From: an uncultured Solirubrobacteraceae bacterium
GTDB taxonomy: Bacteria; Actinomycetota; Thermoleophilia; Solirubrobacterales; Solirubrobacteraceae
NCBI GenBank assembly: GCA_963715385.1
Contig: OY970237.1
Coordinates: 2,334,610 to 2,398,609 of the forward strand
DNA length: 64,000 bases
Direction: 5' to 3'
Positions 37,553 to 47,636 of the stretch are shown here, piece after piece. The notes under the pieces were generated by a model that ran no database searches, was not told where the DNA came from, and was given only the letters and a program-made list of their open reading frames with translations. Each line of letters starts with the position of its first letter. Position 1 is the stretch's first letter. The position numbers were made by a program, and so were the translations under genes.

Positions 37553-38374
37553 TTGTCGTCCACAGCTGATTCAGAGCTCAAGGCGCGCCATCGCAAGATG
37601 TGGGCATCGGGCGACTACCCGTCGATGGTCGAGACGTTCCTGCTGCCGCTCGGTCCGACGCTCGTCGAGGCCTGCGGCATAACAGCGGGGACGCGGGTCC
37701 TCGACGTCGCGGCAGGTACCGGGAATGCCTCGATTCCTGCGGCCAAGACCGGCGCTGATGTCACAGCCAGTGATCTGACCCCCGAGCTCTTCGACGCGGG
37801 CCGTCGCCGTGCGCAAGCGGAAGGCGTAGAGCTCGAATGGGTCGAGGCGGACGCGGAGAGCCTGCCGTTCGACGACGACTCCTACGACGTCGTGATGTCC
37901 TCGATCGGGGCCATGTTCGCGCCCCACCATCAAGAGGTCGCCGACGAGCTGGTCCGCGTTTGCCGTCCCGGCGGCACCATCGGAATGCTGAACTGGACTC
38001 CAGAGGGCATGATCGGCGCTCTGTTCCGGACGATGGGACCGTTTGCCCCAGCACCTCCACCCGGCGCGCAACCTCCTCCGCTCTGGGGGAGCGAGGAGCA
38101 CATGAAAGAGCTATTCGGGGATCGCGTCGACTTTCGCACGCTCGAGCGGCAGGCATTGGAGATCACCGCGTTCGCGCATCCGCGCGACTACGGCGAGCAC
38201 TTCAAGGAGCGGTACGGCCCGACCATCGTCGCCCAGACGAACGCCCGCAACGATGGGCGTGAGGCGGAGTTCAATGATGCTGTGGACCAATTCTGCGATC
38301 AGTGGAACCGCGGCGGCGCCGAGGAGGCACGTTTTGAGCAGGAGTATCTGCTCGCCGTAGGAACTCGGACGTAA
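37553..38374 (+). CDS. Class I SAM-dependent methyltransferase
   Basis: LDVAAGTG, EADAESLPF, SSIGAMFAP; AAGGAGG RBS before TTG. Confidence 0.9.
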   Translation: MSSTADSELKARHRKMWASGDYPSMVETFLLPLGPTLVEACGITAGTRVLDVAAGTGNASIPAAKTGADVTASDLTPELFDAGRRRAQAEGVELEWVEADAESLPFDDDSYDVVMSSIGAMFAPHHQEVADELVRVCRPGGTIGMLNWTPEGMIGALFRTMGPFAPAPPPGAQPPPLWGSEEHMKELFGDRVDFRTLERQALEITAFAHPRDYGEHFKERYGPTIVAQTNARNDGREAEFNDAVDQFCDQWNRGGAEEARFEQEYLLAVGTRT

Positions 38375-38523
38375 TTACGTCTCTCTTCCGAGGTAGTTGA
38401 TCGCCGGCGTGGCTCGGGGTCGTTCCGGCTGGTCTATGGCTGCATCGCGCTAACTGACCGAGCTTCTGCCAGTTGACGCGCGGAGTTGGCCGAGGATGAC
38501 CAGTGCGATACGGTCGTGCGGCA

Positions 38524-39336
38524 ATGGCGAGTGAGATGGTCAATGGGGCGGTCCTGCACTACGAGGAGCGGGGGAGCGGGCCGCCGCTCTTGCTGGTGCA
38601 CGGGACCGGCTCGTATGCCGACATCTGGTCCCCAGTGCTCGATGGGCTCGCGCGTGTGTACCGCGTCATCGCTTATGACCGTCGCGGCTTCGCACGCTCG
38701 TCGCCCGCACCTGGCGGAGGGCTCGCAGAACACGCACGTGACGCCGCCGCGCTGCTGAACGCCCTCGGTGCTTCGCCCGCGACGGTGGTGGGCTGGAGCG
38801 GCGGCGGCGTTATCGCCCTTGACCTGGCCGCCTCGTTCCCCGAACGGGTTGCGTCGCTCGTCTTGGCCGAGCCGGCGGTGCATCTAACGACGCACCCGAC
38901 GCGCGGCGCGCTTGCGATGGCGGCGCGCTCGGGCTTCCATAGATATGTGCGCCGTGACCCGGCGTCGGCCGCGCTGACGATGTACCGGTGGGCTAGTGGT
39001 TACAAGACGGGTGGCAACGCATTCGACGCCCTCCCGGAGGCGTGGCGCGAGCAGATGCTCGCCCATGCCCCCGCCACGCTGCGTGAGATGGATCAAATGA
39101 TTCGTCCTTACCCGACGCAAGCTGCGATCCGCTCGATTGGGTGCCCAGTGACCGTCATCGAGGGTGACCTCAGCGACCCGGCGTTTGCGACCGCCGTCGG
39201 GTTCGTCATGCGCTTGCTGCCCCAGGCGCGGTTGGCCTCGCTGGCCGGTGCCGAGCACATGCTTCACATCGACCAGCCGGAGAGCTGGGTCGAAGTCGTC
39301 ACTCAGACGACTGGCCACGCGCAATCGCTCAGCTGA
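38524..39336 (+). CDS. Alpha/beta hydrolase
   Basis: LLVHG, YDRRG, GWSGGG, AEH. Confidence 0.85.
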   Translation: MASEMVNGAVLHYEERGSGPPLLLVHGTGSYADIWSPVLDGLARVYRVIAYDRRGFARSSPAPGGGLAEHARDAAALLNALGASPATVVGWSGGGVIALDLAASFPERVASLVLAEPAVHLTTHPTRGALAMAARSGFHRYVRRDPASAALTMYRWASGYKTGGNAFDALPEAWREQMLAHAPATLREMDQMIRPYPTQAAIRSIGCPVTVIEGDLSDPAFATAVGFVMRLLPQARLASLAGAEHMLHIDQPESWVEVVTQTTGHAQSLS

Positions 39337-39428
39337 CCTGCTCGGCGCATCCAAAATGCGACCGCGGTGGGGTCTCATCGACACGGCTCCGCCACAACGA
39401 GCTCCTCCCGCCGCGCCTCGCGCGGTCC

Positions 39429-40688
39429 CTATGCGCCACAGGCGACCGCGCGCGAGAGCAGTAGCTCGCGCTCGCGCTCGTTGTCGCACAGGTCGGCTGC
39501 GCGCTCGAACTCCTCGCGCGCCTCCACCAGCCGTCCCAGGCGCACGAGCACGTCGCCACGGACCCCGGGGAGCAGGTGATAGCCGCGCAACGCGGGCTCA
39601 TCCGCGAGCGAATCGACGAGCTCGAGTCCGGCCTCGGGGCCGAAGGCCATCGTCACCGCCACAGCGCGGTTGAGCTCGACGACCGGGGAGCCGGTGAGCG
39701 CCGCCAGGCCGTCGTACAGCGCGACGATTCGCGGCCAGTTGGTCTCCTCGACACTTCCGGCACTCGCGTGGCAGGCGGCGATAGCGGCCTGCAACGTGTA
39801 CGGCCCCAGCGCGCCGCTGAGCTGCTCGGCTCGCCGCAGCCCGGCGAGACCGCGCTGCACGAGCAGGTGGTCCCAGCGAGCGCGGTCCTGATCGGCGAGC
39901 AGTACCGGCTCGCCGTGCGGCCCAACCCGCGCCCGCAGTCGCGAGGCCTGAAGCTCCATCAGGGCCAGCAGGCCGTTCACCTCGGGCTCGTTGGGCATCA
40001 GCGCGACCAGGATCCTTCCCAGGCGAAGGGCGTCCGCGCACAGCGCCGGGCGGGTCCATTGCTCGCCGGCCGTCGCCGTGTAGCCCTCGTTGAACACCAG
40101 GTAGATCACCTCGAGCACCGCAGACAGACGCTCGGCCAACTCGTCGCGACCTGGAACCTCAAACGGCACGCGTGCCTCGGCGAGCGTGCGCTTGGCGCGG
40201 ACGATGCGCTGTGCGACCGCCCCTTCGGAGACGAGAAACGCCCGCGCGATCTCCGGCGTCGAAAGGCCACCCAGCAGACGCAGCGTAAGCGCGACGCGCG
40301 CCTGCCGGGACAAGACCGGATGGCACGTCATGAAGATCAGGCGCAGCACATCGTCCTGCACGTCTTCGACCTGCGCCGCGAGGTCGGGTTGATCGAGCTG
40401 CTGGAGGATCTCCAACTCGCGCTCGATCAACTCCCGCTTGCGCTCGAGCGCGACCCGACGGCGCAGCGCATCGATGCCCCGGCGCTTGGCGGTGGCCATC
40501 AACCAAGCGCCCGGCTTCTCCGGAATACCCGACTCAGGCCACTGCTCGAGCGCGGCGAGGAGCGCGTCCTGAGCAAGATCCTCGGCCACCGCCACGTCGC
40601 GCACGATGCGAGTCAGCCCGGCTATCAACCGGGCTGACTCGATCCGCCAGACGGCGTCGATCGCTCGGTGGGTGGCCGACGACCTCAC
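39429..40688 (-). CDS. ECF42-like sigma factor with long C-terminal TPR extension
   Basis: AEDLAQDA, LRLIFMTCHP, YLVFNEGY, QDRARWD, VVELNRAVA. Confidence 0.88.
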   Translation of the reverse strand: MRSSATHRAIDAVWRIESARLIAGLTRIVRDVAVAEDLAQDALLAALEQWPESGIPEKPGAWLMATAKRRGIDALRRRVALERKRELIERELEILQQLDQPDLAAQVEDVQDDVLRLIFMTCHPVLSRQARVALTLRLLGGLSTPEIARAFLVSEGAVAQRIVRAKRTLAEARVPFEVPGRDELAERLSAVLEVIYLVFNEGYTATAGEQWTRPALCADALRLGRILVALMPNEPEVNGLLALMELQASRLRARVGPHGEPVLLADQDRARWDHLLVQRGLAGLRRAEQLSGALGPYTLQAAIAACHASAGSVEETNWPRIVALYDGLAALTGSPVVELNRAVAVTMAFGPEAGLELVDSLADEPALRGYHLLPGVRGDVLVRLGRLVEAREEFERAADLCDNERERELLLSRAVACGA

Positions 40689-40692
40689 GCGT

Positions 40693-41109
40693 CTAGTTCT
40701 GGGCGGTCTGCTCGCGCAGCCGCTCGTTGGCCTCGCGCAGCTCGGGCGTCAGCTGCTCGCCGAAGTCGTCGGCTTCGAAGATCTGGCGCAGCTCGATCTC
40801 GACACCGCCGTCGAACGGCGCTCGCTTGAGCCACTCGATCGCCTCCTCGCGCGACGCGCACTCCCAGACCCAGTAGCCCGCGACGATCTCCTTGGCCTCC
40901 GTGAACGGACCGTCGATGACGGTCCGTTCGCTGCCGTTGAAGCGGACCTTTGCGCCCCTGGAGGTCGGGTGCAGGCCCTCGCCGGCCAGCATCACGCCTG
41001 ACTTGACGAGCTCTTCGTTGTACTTCGTCATCGTCCCCAACAGCTCGGTGTTGGGCATCTCGCCCGCCTCGGACTCGGGGCTTCCGGGGACCAGAACCAT
41101 GAAACGCAT
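40693..41109 (-). CDS. YCII/DGPF-domain protein
   Basis: IDGPFTEAKE motif; upstream of ECF42-like sigma. Confidence 0.9.
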   Translation of the reverse strand: MRFMVLVPGSPESEAGEMPNTELLGTMTKYNEELVKSGVMLAGEGLHPTSRGAKVRFNGSERTVIDGPFTEAKEIVAGYWVWECASREEAIEWLKRAPFDGGVEIELRQIFEADDFGEQLTPELREANERLREQTAQN

Positions 41110-41149
41110 TGGTGTCTCCTTGTGGTGGATGGGTGGTTTCTACCCGTAC

Positions 41150-41176
41150 GTCGAACGAGGTGGGCCGAAATCGACA
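41150..41176 (-). promoter_or_regulatory. Candidate ECF42 promoter TGTCGA-N17-CGAC
   Basis: Matches the recalled ECF42 consensus (TGTCGA / CGWC) about 40 nt upstream of the DGPF gene. Confidence 0.6.
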
Positions 41177-41480
41177 CCGCCCAGAATTTTCTTGTCGACG
41201 TGTGCGGCCTGGCCGCGCTGGGTGCGGGCGTGCCTGAGCTTGCGCTGGAGGCCGGAGTGGCCGGGGCCTTCCAACGGTATCGAGCCAGGACATCCACAAT
41301 GAGGGCGCGCACGTGTGGACGTCTGGCGATGGCCGACGAGCTCACCGGCTGGGCACGCTTCCCTACGCGAGGACAGGCGTTCGCGCACGCCGGGGTCAAC
41401 GGTGCTAACGGGACGATTCTCGAAACATGACTCTGACTGGGAACAAATCCGCGAGCTGCACTCCCTGCGCTACACCGAAC

Positions 41481-41715
41481 CTACGCGGCCCGATCTGACG
41501 CGGCCCGGATAAGCGACCTTACGACCTCGCCCGGCCTCTCGCCCTGATTGCGCGCGATCTCCTGTAGCGCAGCTGCATCATCGCCGTCGAGCGTGAACTG
41601 CACGACGAGATGGCGGTCGCGAGAGGCCTCCGCAACCCGCATGTCCACAGGATCTCAGATCTTCTAGCTCCTGATCGAAGTCTCCGGGTAGCGGATCAAT
41701 ATCTGACGGAGTCAT
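41481..41715 (-). pseudogene. Putative antitoxin (RHH-like C-terminus), +1 frameshift near 41655
   Basis: MTPSDIDPLPGDFDQELEDL then DPVDMRVAEASRDRHLVVQFTLDGDDAAALQEIARNQGERPGEVVRSLIRAA; 235 nt = 78 codons + 1; ATGA overlap with toxin. Confidence 0.55.
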
Positions 41716-42023
41716 GACTTCTCCAAGATCATACGCTCGACGGGCGTTGAAGCCCACCCCGTAATGAGAAGCCACGTCGTTGGCTCAACCGTCTCCTCAA
41801 TCACCAGCGTCAGTCGCCGACCACCATCGTTGCGTCCGATCAGCAGCCTGCGCAGTTCGCGCTGACTGCGCCGAGCACTGCCCCGTCGATTCCTGATCAG
41901 CACGTGCCGATTCCAGATCGCCTGCTGCGCTTCGGCGGCCGAGATTCCACGAACTCCCAACTTGTCGAGAGCGACCTCCGTGGCGAGCAACTGATTGACG
42001 ACATCCGACACACCTCCAAACAT
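41712..42023 (-). CDS. BrnT/DUF497-like toxin
   Basis: KLGVRGIS..EA, LLIGRNDGGRRLTLV, LITGW; start may be GTG 42011. Confidence 0.6.
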   Translation of the reverse strand: MFGGVSDVVNQLLATEVALDKLGVRGISAAEAQQAIWNRHVLIRNRRGSARRSQRELRRLLIGRNDGGRRLTLVIEETVEPTTWLLITGWASTPVERMILEKS

Positions 42024-42300
42024 GAACGCTGCTTGGGACGCTTTAGCGGTGCGATCAGACGCACCGCGCTGGCGCCTACCGCTCTCGCTCCCATCACGGT
42101 CGGAGTTCGAATAACGGCCTCACACCCGGCCAAAACGGGGAGATCGGGACGACTTGCGAACCCCGTCCTAGACCGCTTTCTTGAGCATCTCATGGAGCCA
42201 GTCGGTCGGCAAGCGCGGCGGCGGGCGGCAGAGGCCATCCGAAGCCGTGGCCGGAGCGATTTGGCTCGACCAACGAGTAGACGCGCATAAGCTGGTAGCG

Positions 42301-43518
42301 GTGTCCCCGCTGCTATTCGACGAGGTCGTGCGCACGGATGGCTCCCCTGGGCTTCGGTCCGAGGACAGCTTCAGCTTCCTGAACAGGGCTCACGGCATCG
42401 TTTGCCGCCGCATCCGCGACCAACTGGACCGTTGGTACGCGGCGTTTCCTGATGAGGACGGCGATCTCCGTCGTCGCTATCGCTCCCGAGATCCTCGACA
42501 GCACTACGCGGCTTGGTGGGAGTTGTATCTGCACACCCTGCTGACGACTCTGGGCTATGACCTGACCGTGCACCCCGAGATACTGGGGCACAAAGGTCGT
42601 CCCGATTTCCTGGCGGAGCGCGAGGGCGAGTCCTTCTACGTCGAGGCCGTGACGGTGTTCTCGGGGATTGTTGATCGGAGCCGACGAGAAGCGCTTGAGG
42701 CGGCCGTACTCGATGTAGTCGACGCGGTCGATTCGTCGCGCTTCATGGTTCGCATCGGTTTGGAGCGAGTAGGACAGTCGATGCCTACTACGAGGTCGAT
42801 CGTGGAGCCGATCGAAACGTGGCTGGCGACCCTTGATGTCGATGACATCCTCACGAAATATCCGGGCGGGTACTCGCCCGAAAAGAAGCGCATTGCCTTT
42901 GCAGACTGGGTGGTCGAGTTGAGTCCGATCGCTCGGGCACCAGAGCATCGAGGCTGCCCCGACAATCTGCTTATCGGTATAGGCCCTAGCTCGGGTGGCT
43001 ATACGAACGACGTCCAGCAGATTCGGCGTGCGGTGACGCGGAAGAAGAAACAGCTCGGAAGGCCAGACAAGCCCCTGGTTGTAGCTGCACTCGCCCCGAG
43101 CGGGACCGTCGACAACTGGGTTATCGAGAACGTGCTGTTCGGCAGCGAAGCGGTGCGCATCGGACCGTCGGGTGCCACGTCAATAGGTCGTAGTCCGGAT
43201 GGCATTTGGATCGGCAAGCGCGGGCCTGCCACGAAACGAATGTCGGCGCTCCTTATCGGCGTCGCGATTGTGCCACATACCTGCGCAACGGCGTGGCCGA
43301 CTTTGTGGCACCACTTCGATCCGACCCACGCGCTAAATGCGGACCTGCCGTTTTCCTCAACGCGCGTCGTCGACGAAAGGCTCGTCGTCGAGGACGCAAA
43401 GCTTTCTGCGTCGCAAGTCCTCGATCTGCCCGTTGACTGGCCTGGACCCGAGCCGGCTTTCCCGCGCTGCCAGCATCGGCCCGGGGATCACTCCGTACCG
43501 TCAGATCGGTCGGCATAA
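42301..43518 (+). CDS. Hypothetical protein with PD-(D/E)XK-like nuclease motif
   Basis: WWELYLH...GRPDFLAEREGESFYVEA; start uncertain (42181 or 42301). Confidence 0.55.
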   Translation: MSPLLFDEVVRTDGSPGLRSEDSFSFLNRAHGIVCRRIRDQLDRWYAAFPDEDGDLRRRYRSRDPRQHYAAWWELYLHTLLTTLGYDLTVHPEILGHKGRPDFLAEREGESFYVEAVTVFSGIVDRSRREALEAAVLDVVDAVDSSRFMVRIGLERVGQSMPTTRSIVEPIETWLATLDVDDILTKYPGGYSPEKKRIAFADWVVELSPIARAPEHRGCPDNLLIGIGPSSGGYTNDVQQIRRAVTRKKKQLGRPDKPLVVAALAPSGTVDNWVIENVLFGSEAVRIGPSGATSIGRSPDGIWIGKRGPATKRMSALLIGVAIVPHTCATAWPTLWHHFDPTHALNADLPFSSTRVVDERLVVEDAKLSASQVLDLPVDWPGPEPAFPRCQHRPGDHSVPSDRSA

Positions 43519-43521
43519 GAC

Positions 43522-44079
43522 ATGAAGCCCGATGAGAATGCCGTGCCTCATGTCATCGAGCCAATCTCCCGCGAGGATTGGGAGCAACGCCAGGTCTATG
43601 CGAAGTTCGGCCTAGCGATCTATTGCTGCCAATGCCTTGAGTCTCAGCTAGTCAATTACCTCGCTCTGCTGCGTCGAATAAAGACAGGCCGCCCAATGAC
43701 GGGTGATGAGATCGATGCGCTTTTTGACCGCTTGTTCGGCGGCACATTCGGCCGGAATCTCAAGGAAGTCCGCAATCTGCTCGGGGATCAGTGGGCTATG
43801 GCCGAGGAGCTGACGTCAGCGCTCAACCTGCGCAACCAGTTGGTACATCACTGGATGAGAGATCGTGCGCTTGAGCAGGGTACGAGCAGAAAGCGTCGCG
43901 CGATGGTGGACGAGCTCGATGAAGTCATCGAGCAGCTTGAGACCATTGACGCGAAGCTCACGGAGACCACACGGCACCTGCAAGACAGAGCTGGCATACC
44001 CCGATCACTCATCGACAGGGAGTACGAGGAGCTACGTCGCATCGCCGACAGCGATGAACCCACAACCTCGACGACGTAA
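43522..44079 (+). CDS. HEPN-like all-helical protein
   Basis: Q.LE motif and Rx4H (RNQLVH). Confidence 0.55.
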   Translation: MKPDENAVPHVIEPISREDWEQRQVYAKFGLAIYCCQCLESQLVNYLALLRRIKTGRPMTGDEIDALFDRLFGGTFGRNLKEVRNLLGDQWAMAEELTSALNLRNQLVHHWMRDRALEQGTSRKRRAMVDELDEVIEQLETIDAKLTETTRHLQDRAGIPRSLIDREYEELRRIADSDEPTTSTT

Positions 44080-44132
44080 GCTAGCGTTCAACGCCGGAAC
44101 TGATTGCCGGTCGCTGCTGCCAGACTGCGCCA

Positions 44133-44897
44133 ATGGCGTCGGGCCGAAAGCGGACGAGAAGCAATCGACAGGCGGGGAGCGCTAGGGCCAAGCCCCACGA
44201 TCCGAGGATGTCCGGCACCCAGGTCGCCGCCGACGCTGACGAAGGCATCAAAAAGGGCGACTGGCTCGTCGTCGTGTCCCCGGTGAACCTAGACGACGGT
44301 GGCCGGTTGCTGTGGTGGCCGCCGCAGCCAGTCGCCTTCAACCTGCTCGAAGCTAAGCGCCACCGTGATCGCGGCGTTCGCCAGCGTCGGCGCATCATGG
44401 GGAACCTCGTCGCCCGGCCAGACGGTAGCGGCTTGCAGCCATCGAATGCTCACGCTGCTCTCGACTGTCTTTCCGAACTCGCCGCTGCGGTCCTGTTCTC
44501 TTTCACGGCGGTCGAGAGCTTGGCGAACCACGCCATCGAGTCGCTACCTGATGACACGGTTGTCACGCTCCGAAAAGGACGCCAGCTTCCCAAGGCAGAA
44601 CTGGTCGCCAACGTCGGGGTCGACGAAAAGCTCAAGCGAATCGTCCCGCTGGCCGACGGCGGAAAAGACGTAGCTAGCACTGTTATCTGGCAGCGCTATC
44701 GAGCACTCAAGTTTCTCCGCGACGAGCTAGTGCATGTCAAGGCGCGCGGGTACGACCCCGATCCTGACGTCAGAACCGCATACGACCGTCTCATGGTCGG
44801 CGAGGGCGACGGATGCGTAGAAGATGCGCAAACCGTCATCGAGGGCGCGTTCCCAGCATTCCTACCAGCACACGTACTCGCTGCGCTCGCAGCCTAG
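44133..44897 (+). CDS. HEPN-like protein
   Basis: F.AVESLAN motif and Rx4H (RDELVH). Confidence 0.55.
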   Translation: MASGRKRTRSNRQAGSARAKPHDPRMSGTQVAADADEGIKKGDWLVVVSPVNLDDGGRLLWWPPQPVAFNLLEAKRHRDRGVRQRRRIMGNLVARPDGSGLQPSNAHAALDCLSELAAAVLFSFTAVESLANHAIESLPDDTVVTLRKGRQLPKAELVANVGVDEKLKRIVPLADGGKDVASTVIWQRYRALKFLRDELVHVKARGYDPDPDVRTAYDRLMVGEGDGCVEDAQTVIEGAFPAFLPAHVLAALAA

Positions 44898-45051
44898 CCC
44901 TCGCCCACGTCGCACAATCGGCGATGCGCGACGTCGCACGGCGCGTACTCGTCATCGACCGCATCAAACGGTATCGCTGAGTCAATAAGCCGGAAATCTC
45001 TGGCAGATCACCGCAGACCGTCAAGCTGCTATGGCCCAATAGCGGACGGCA

Positions 45052-46050
45052 TCAACTATCCTGGCTAGTAACAACCCCAATAGTTGATATCGAAGTCGGA
45101 TAGGCCACTCCACCCAGCGCCGGCAGCGCTGCAACAATATCGTCACGCTGCGCATCGCGGGCGGTGATCGCGAACATACATCCACCTTCACCTCCCCCGG
45201 TCAACTTAGCGCCTGCAGCTCCCGCGTGAAGGCTAGCGTCAACCATTTCGTCAATCTGCCGCGTTGAGCTTCCCATGAGCCCGGCTATTGCGTGATGACA
45301 AGCCGTCACATCCTGTGCAACAGCGAAAAGCTCTTCGTTCTTAGCGAGAGCATCTGCCATCTCGCACACCAGCTCCGCAGTTTGCCTCTGATACTCCATA
45401 ATAGAAACGTCGCGCAACCTAAAGCGCTCTCGCTTTTTCGCAATGCTATGTGCGGTCGCTGCTCGTACGCCCGAATCACCGACCACAATCACAGCTCGCA
45501 CATTGGGAAAATCTAGTACCGACACCTGTTTTTCATTTTCAAAGTGAGTCAAGCGAGTACCACCAAGGCCGCATGACCAAAAATCCATTTCACCGGCACC
45601 GGTGCGGAGCCGCTCGATCTCGGCACGGAACGCAAGTTCACAAAGAGCTTCTTTCGTTAGCAGATGACCAAGCTCGCCAGCAACGGCCGCGATAGTCGCG
45701 ATAAGACAGGCGGCGCTACTAGCAAGACCAGCAGCGATCGGGAGTGTGCTCGTCAGTGCTATTTTTCCTGCGAAATGGCCAAACTCTGAGCTTGCACAGG
45801 CAAGCGCAGCTGCTGGGAAATCGAGCTCGTCGTCTCTCCGATCGGCCGCATCTGCGATCCGAAACGTTCGCTCTACACCGACCGGCCATCCGGAGGACAG
45901 CACGACCATCCCGTTGTTATCACTAGGTTCTATTTCCGCAACCGCTGTTACCGCGAGATCGATCGCTGCTTGGAGGGTACTGCCCCCCATCCAGTCGAGA
46001 TCCTCGCCACCAAGACAGATCCTTCCTGGGCACTTTGCGCGCGTTGGCAT
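45052..46050 (-). CDS. GHMP kinase (galactokinase/mevalonate kinase-like)
   Basis: PGRICLGGEDLD, LPIAAGLASSAA, GAKLTGGGEGG. Confidence 0.85.
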   Translation of the reverse strand: MPTRAKCPGRICLGGEDLDWMGGSTLQAAIDLAVTAVAEIEPSDNNGMVVLSSGWPVGVERTFRIADAADRRDDELDFPAAALACASSEFGHFAGKIALTSTLPIAAGLASSAACLIATIAAVAGELGHLLTKEALCELAFRAEIERLRTGAGEMDFWSCGLGGTRLTHFENEKQVSVLDFPNVRAVIVVGDSGVRAATAHSIAKKRERFRLRDVSIMEYQRQTAELVCEMADALAKNEELFAVAQDVTACHHAIAGLMGSSTRQIDEMVDASLHAGAAGAKLTGGGEGGCMFAITARDAQRDDIVAALPALGGVAYPTSISTIGVVTSQDS

Positions 46051-46065
46051 ACCTTATTTGTAAGG

Positions 46066-46503
46066 CTAAGACGAGTAGTCCTCGTCAACCACCTTGTCGT
46101 TCTTGATCTTCTCGTGCTTGTCTTCCCCACTAAGCACTAGTCGAAATACCACAAACGTCGCATCCTCGTCAGCGACATTTGCGAAGGTATGCACGCTACG
46201 CCCAACGCGGACGACATCACCACTGCCGATCGTCTCGCACTTAGTTGTTCCCCTATTCCGCCATCTCACCTCCAGCTCACCCTTGAGTACCAAGACCGTC
46301 TCCTCAATAGCTTCATGGTGGTGCCACTGCTGCACCGTACCTGGCGCGATCTCATTGAAGTGAAGCTCGTACTCAGCAAAAATGTAGTAACTAACCTTGG
46401 TGCCTTCACCCTTGTCCACATCAATTGCCTGGGTTCGCCTCACGATCTCCACTGAGTCGCCTGGGTCTTTTACGGCACTATCGTATCTCGGGATGTCACT
46501 CAT
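46066..46503 (-). CDS. Cupin domain protein
   Basis: WHHHEAIEETVLVLKGEL and VHTFAN motifs. Confidence 0.85.
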   Translation of the reverse strand: MSDIPRYDSAVKDPGDSVEIVRRTQAIDVDKGEGTKVSYYIFAEYELHFNEIAPGTVQQWHHHEAIEETVLVLKGELEVRWRNRGTTKCETIGSGDVVRVGRSVHTFANVADEDATFVVFRLVLSGEDKHEKIKNDKVVDEDYSS

Positions 46504-47636
46504 ATGAACATGTCGTAATCGTCCACATTACGTGTCGGCTCTCCATCGATCAACCACTGATTGGACTGATGCCTGATACAACTAAAGGAGCAGTCCCGTG
46601 ACGGGTTTACACGCTTTGCCGCTGCCAAGCGCGCGTTAGAGGTCCACATTTCACGAAAACCTTCTGTTGACGGATCGCCATACCGTGCGGAGGCGTTCCC
46701 ACGATGATAGGGGCACAAGTACGCGCCCGACGGGGTGAGCAGTGTCCGAAGCTCAACTGTGGGGCAATGATGATATGTCTTCGGCTCATCAAGTCGTTCA
46801 TCGGCGATTACTTTGTCAAGATGTGCAGGTGCAATTACATTGAAGGCCTCGCATTGAATATCGGCCGCAGCGGCAAGTTCGTCTATCAGAAGTTCACGTA
46901 GCTCACGGGGTTGGGCGACGAGTCGATGATTGAGGTCATACTCGGGCTTGAACTCGATGTAGTCGCATCCGATATCTCGCGCTAGGTGCGCCGCAGCCGC
47001 AACCTCGTCAAAGTTATGGTGGAGAATTGTTTTGCCTCTACGGGCGCGCCGCGCGATGAGTAGAAAGGAGTAACCAAGTGAACCGCGCCGATCGCGCGCC
47101 AGTGATCTGACGTTCTCGACCACCTCGGCAAAAGTGTCGCGCGTGCCACCGCGGCGCGGGCGAAACAAGTTGTAGGTGGCTGCAGACGCCGCATCGACGG
47201 AGACACGTGTCCATTCGACGTATCGCGCAACCACATCATGATGACGGTTCAACTGGGTGCCGTTTGTAGTAAGACCAACGGCAACATTTGCCTCTGCAAA
47301 CGCCTCGATGACGTCAGCGACCACTGGATGTAGCAACGGCTCCCCGCCGCCAATCAGGATCACAGCGCGAACACCGACCTCGCAGATCTCGGCGGCGAGC
47401 TCCAATAGTCTCTCGTTGGAGAACCGGCCGCGGTTCAAAAGCGAGCCACTGATGCACTCCGGGCAGGCCAGGTCACAGAACGTTGTCACATCGAGCTCAA
47501 CGACGGTCGGGGCGGCTAGTGACTTGCCCTCACGTACCTTCCCTACCTCTAGCGATAGCGAGCGCTGGTGAAGCTTCTCCGCGAGAGCGAGCCTTGAGCG
47601 GTGGTCGACTCGAGCTGACACGGACTGTACGATCAT
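46500..47636 (-). CDS. Radical SAM protein with SPASM/twitch domain
   Basis: CDLACPEC, GGGEPLL, TTNG, RVSVD; C-terminal CPT...CPY...C...C. Confidence 0.9.
   Translation of the reverse strand: MIVQSVSARVDHRSRLALAEKLHQRSLSLEVGKVREGKSLAAPTVVELDVTTFCDLACPECISGSLLNRGRFSNERLLELAAEICEVGVRAVILIGGGEPLLHPVVADVIEAFAEANVAVGLTTNGTQLNRHHDVVARYVEWTRVSVDAASAATYNLFRPRRGGTRDTFAEVVENVRSLARDRRGSLGYSFLLIARRARRGKTILHHNFDEVAAAAHLARDIGCDYIEFKPEYDLNHRLVAQPRELRELLIDELAAAADIQCEAFNVIAPAHLDKVIADERLDEPKTYHHCPTVELRTLLTPSGAYLCPYHRGNASARYGDPSTEGFREMWTSNARLAAAKRVNPSRDCSFSCIRHQSNQWLIDGEPTRNVDDYDMFI

Noticed and set aside
41315-41512. 65-aa + strand ORF at the island edge
   Set aside because: No recognisable motif, overlaps the antitoxin end; may be a gene fragment but unsupported.
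46500-47636. Radical SAM as a prokaryotic viperin
   Set aside because: It has a SPASM/twitch Cys set and lacks the viperin-type CNYxCxFC context; no nucleotide monophosphate kinase is adjacent.
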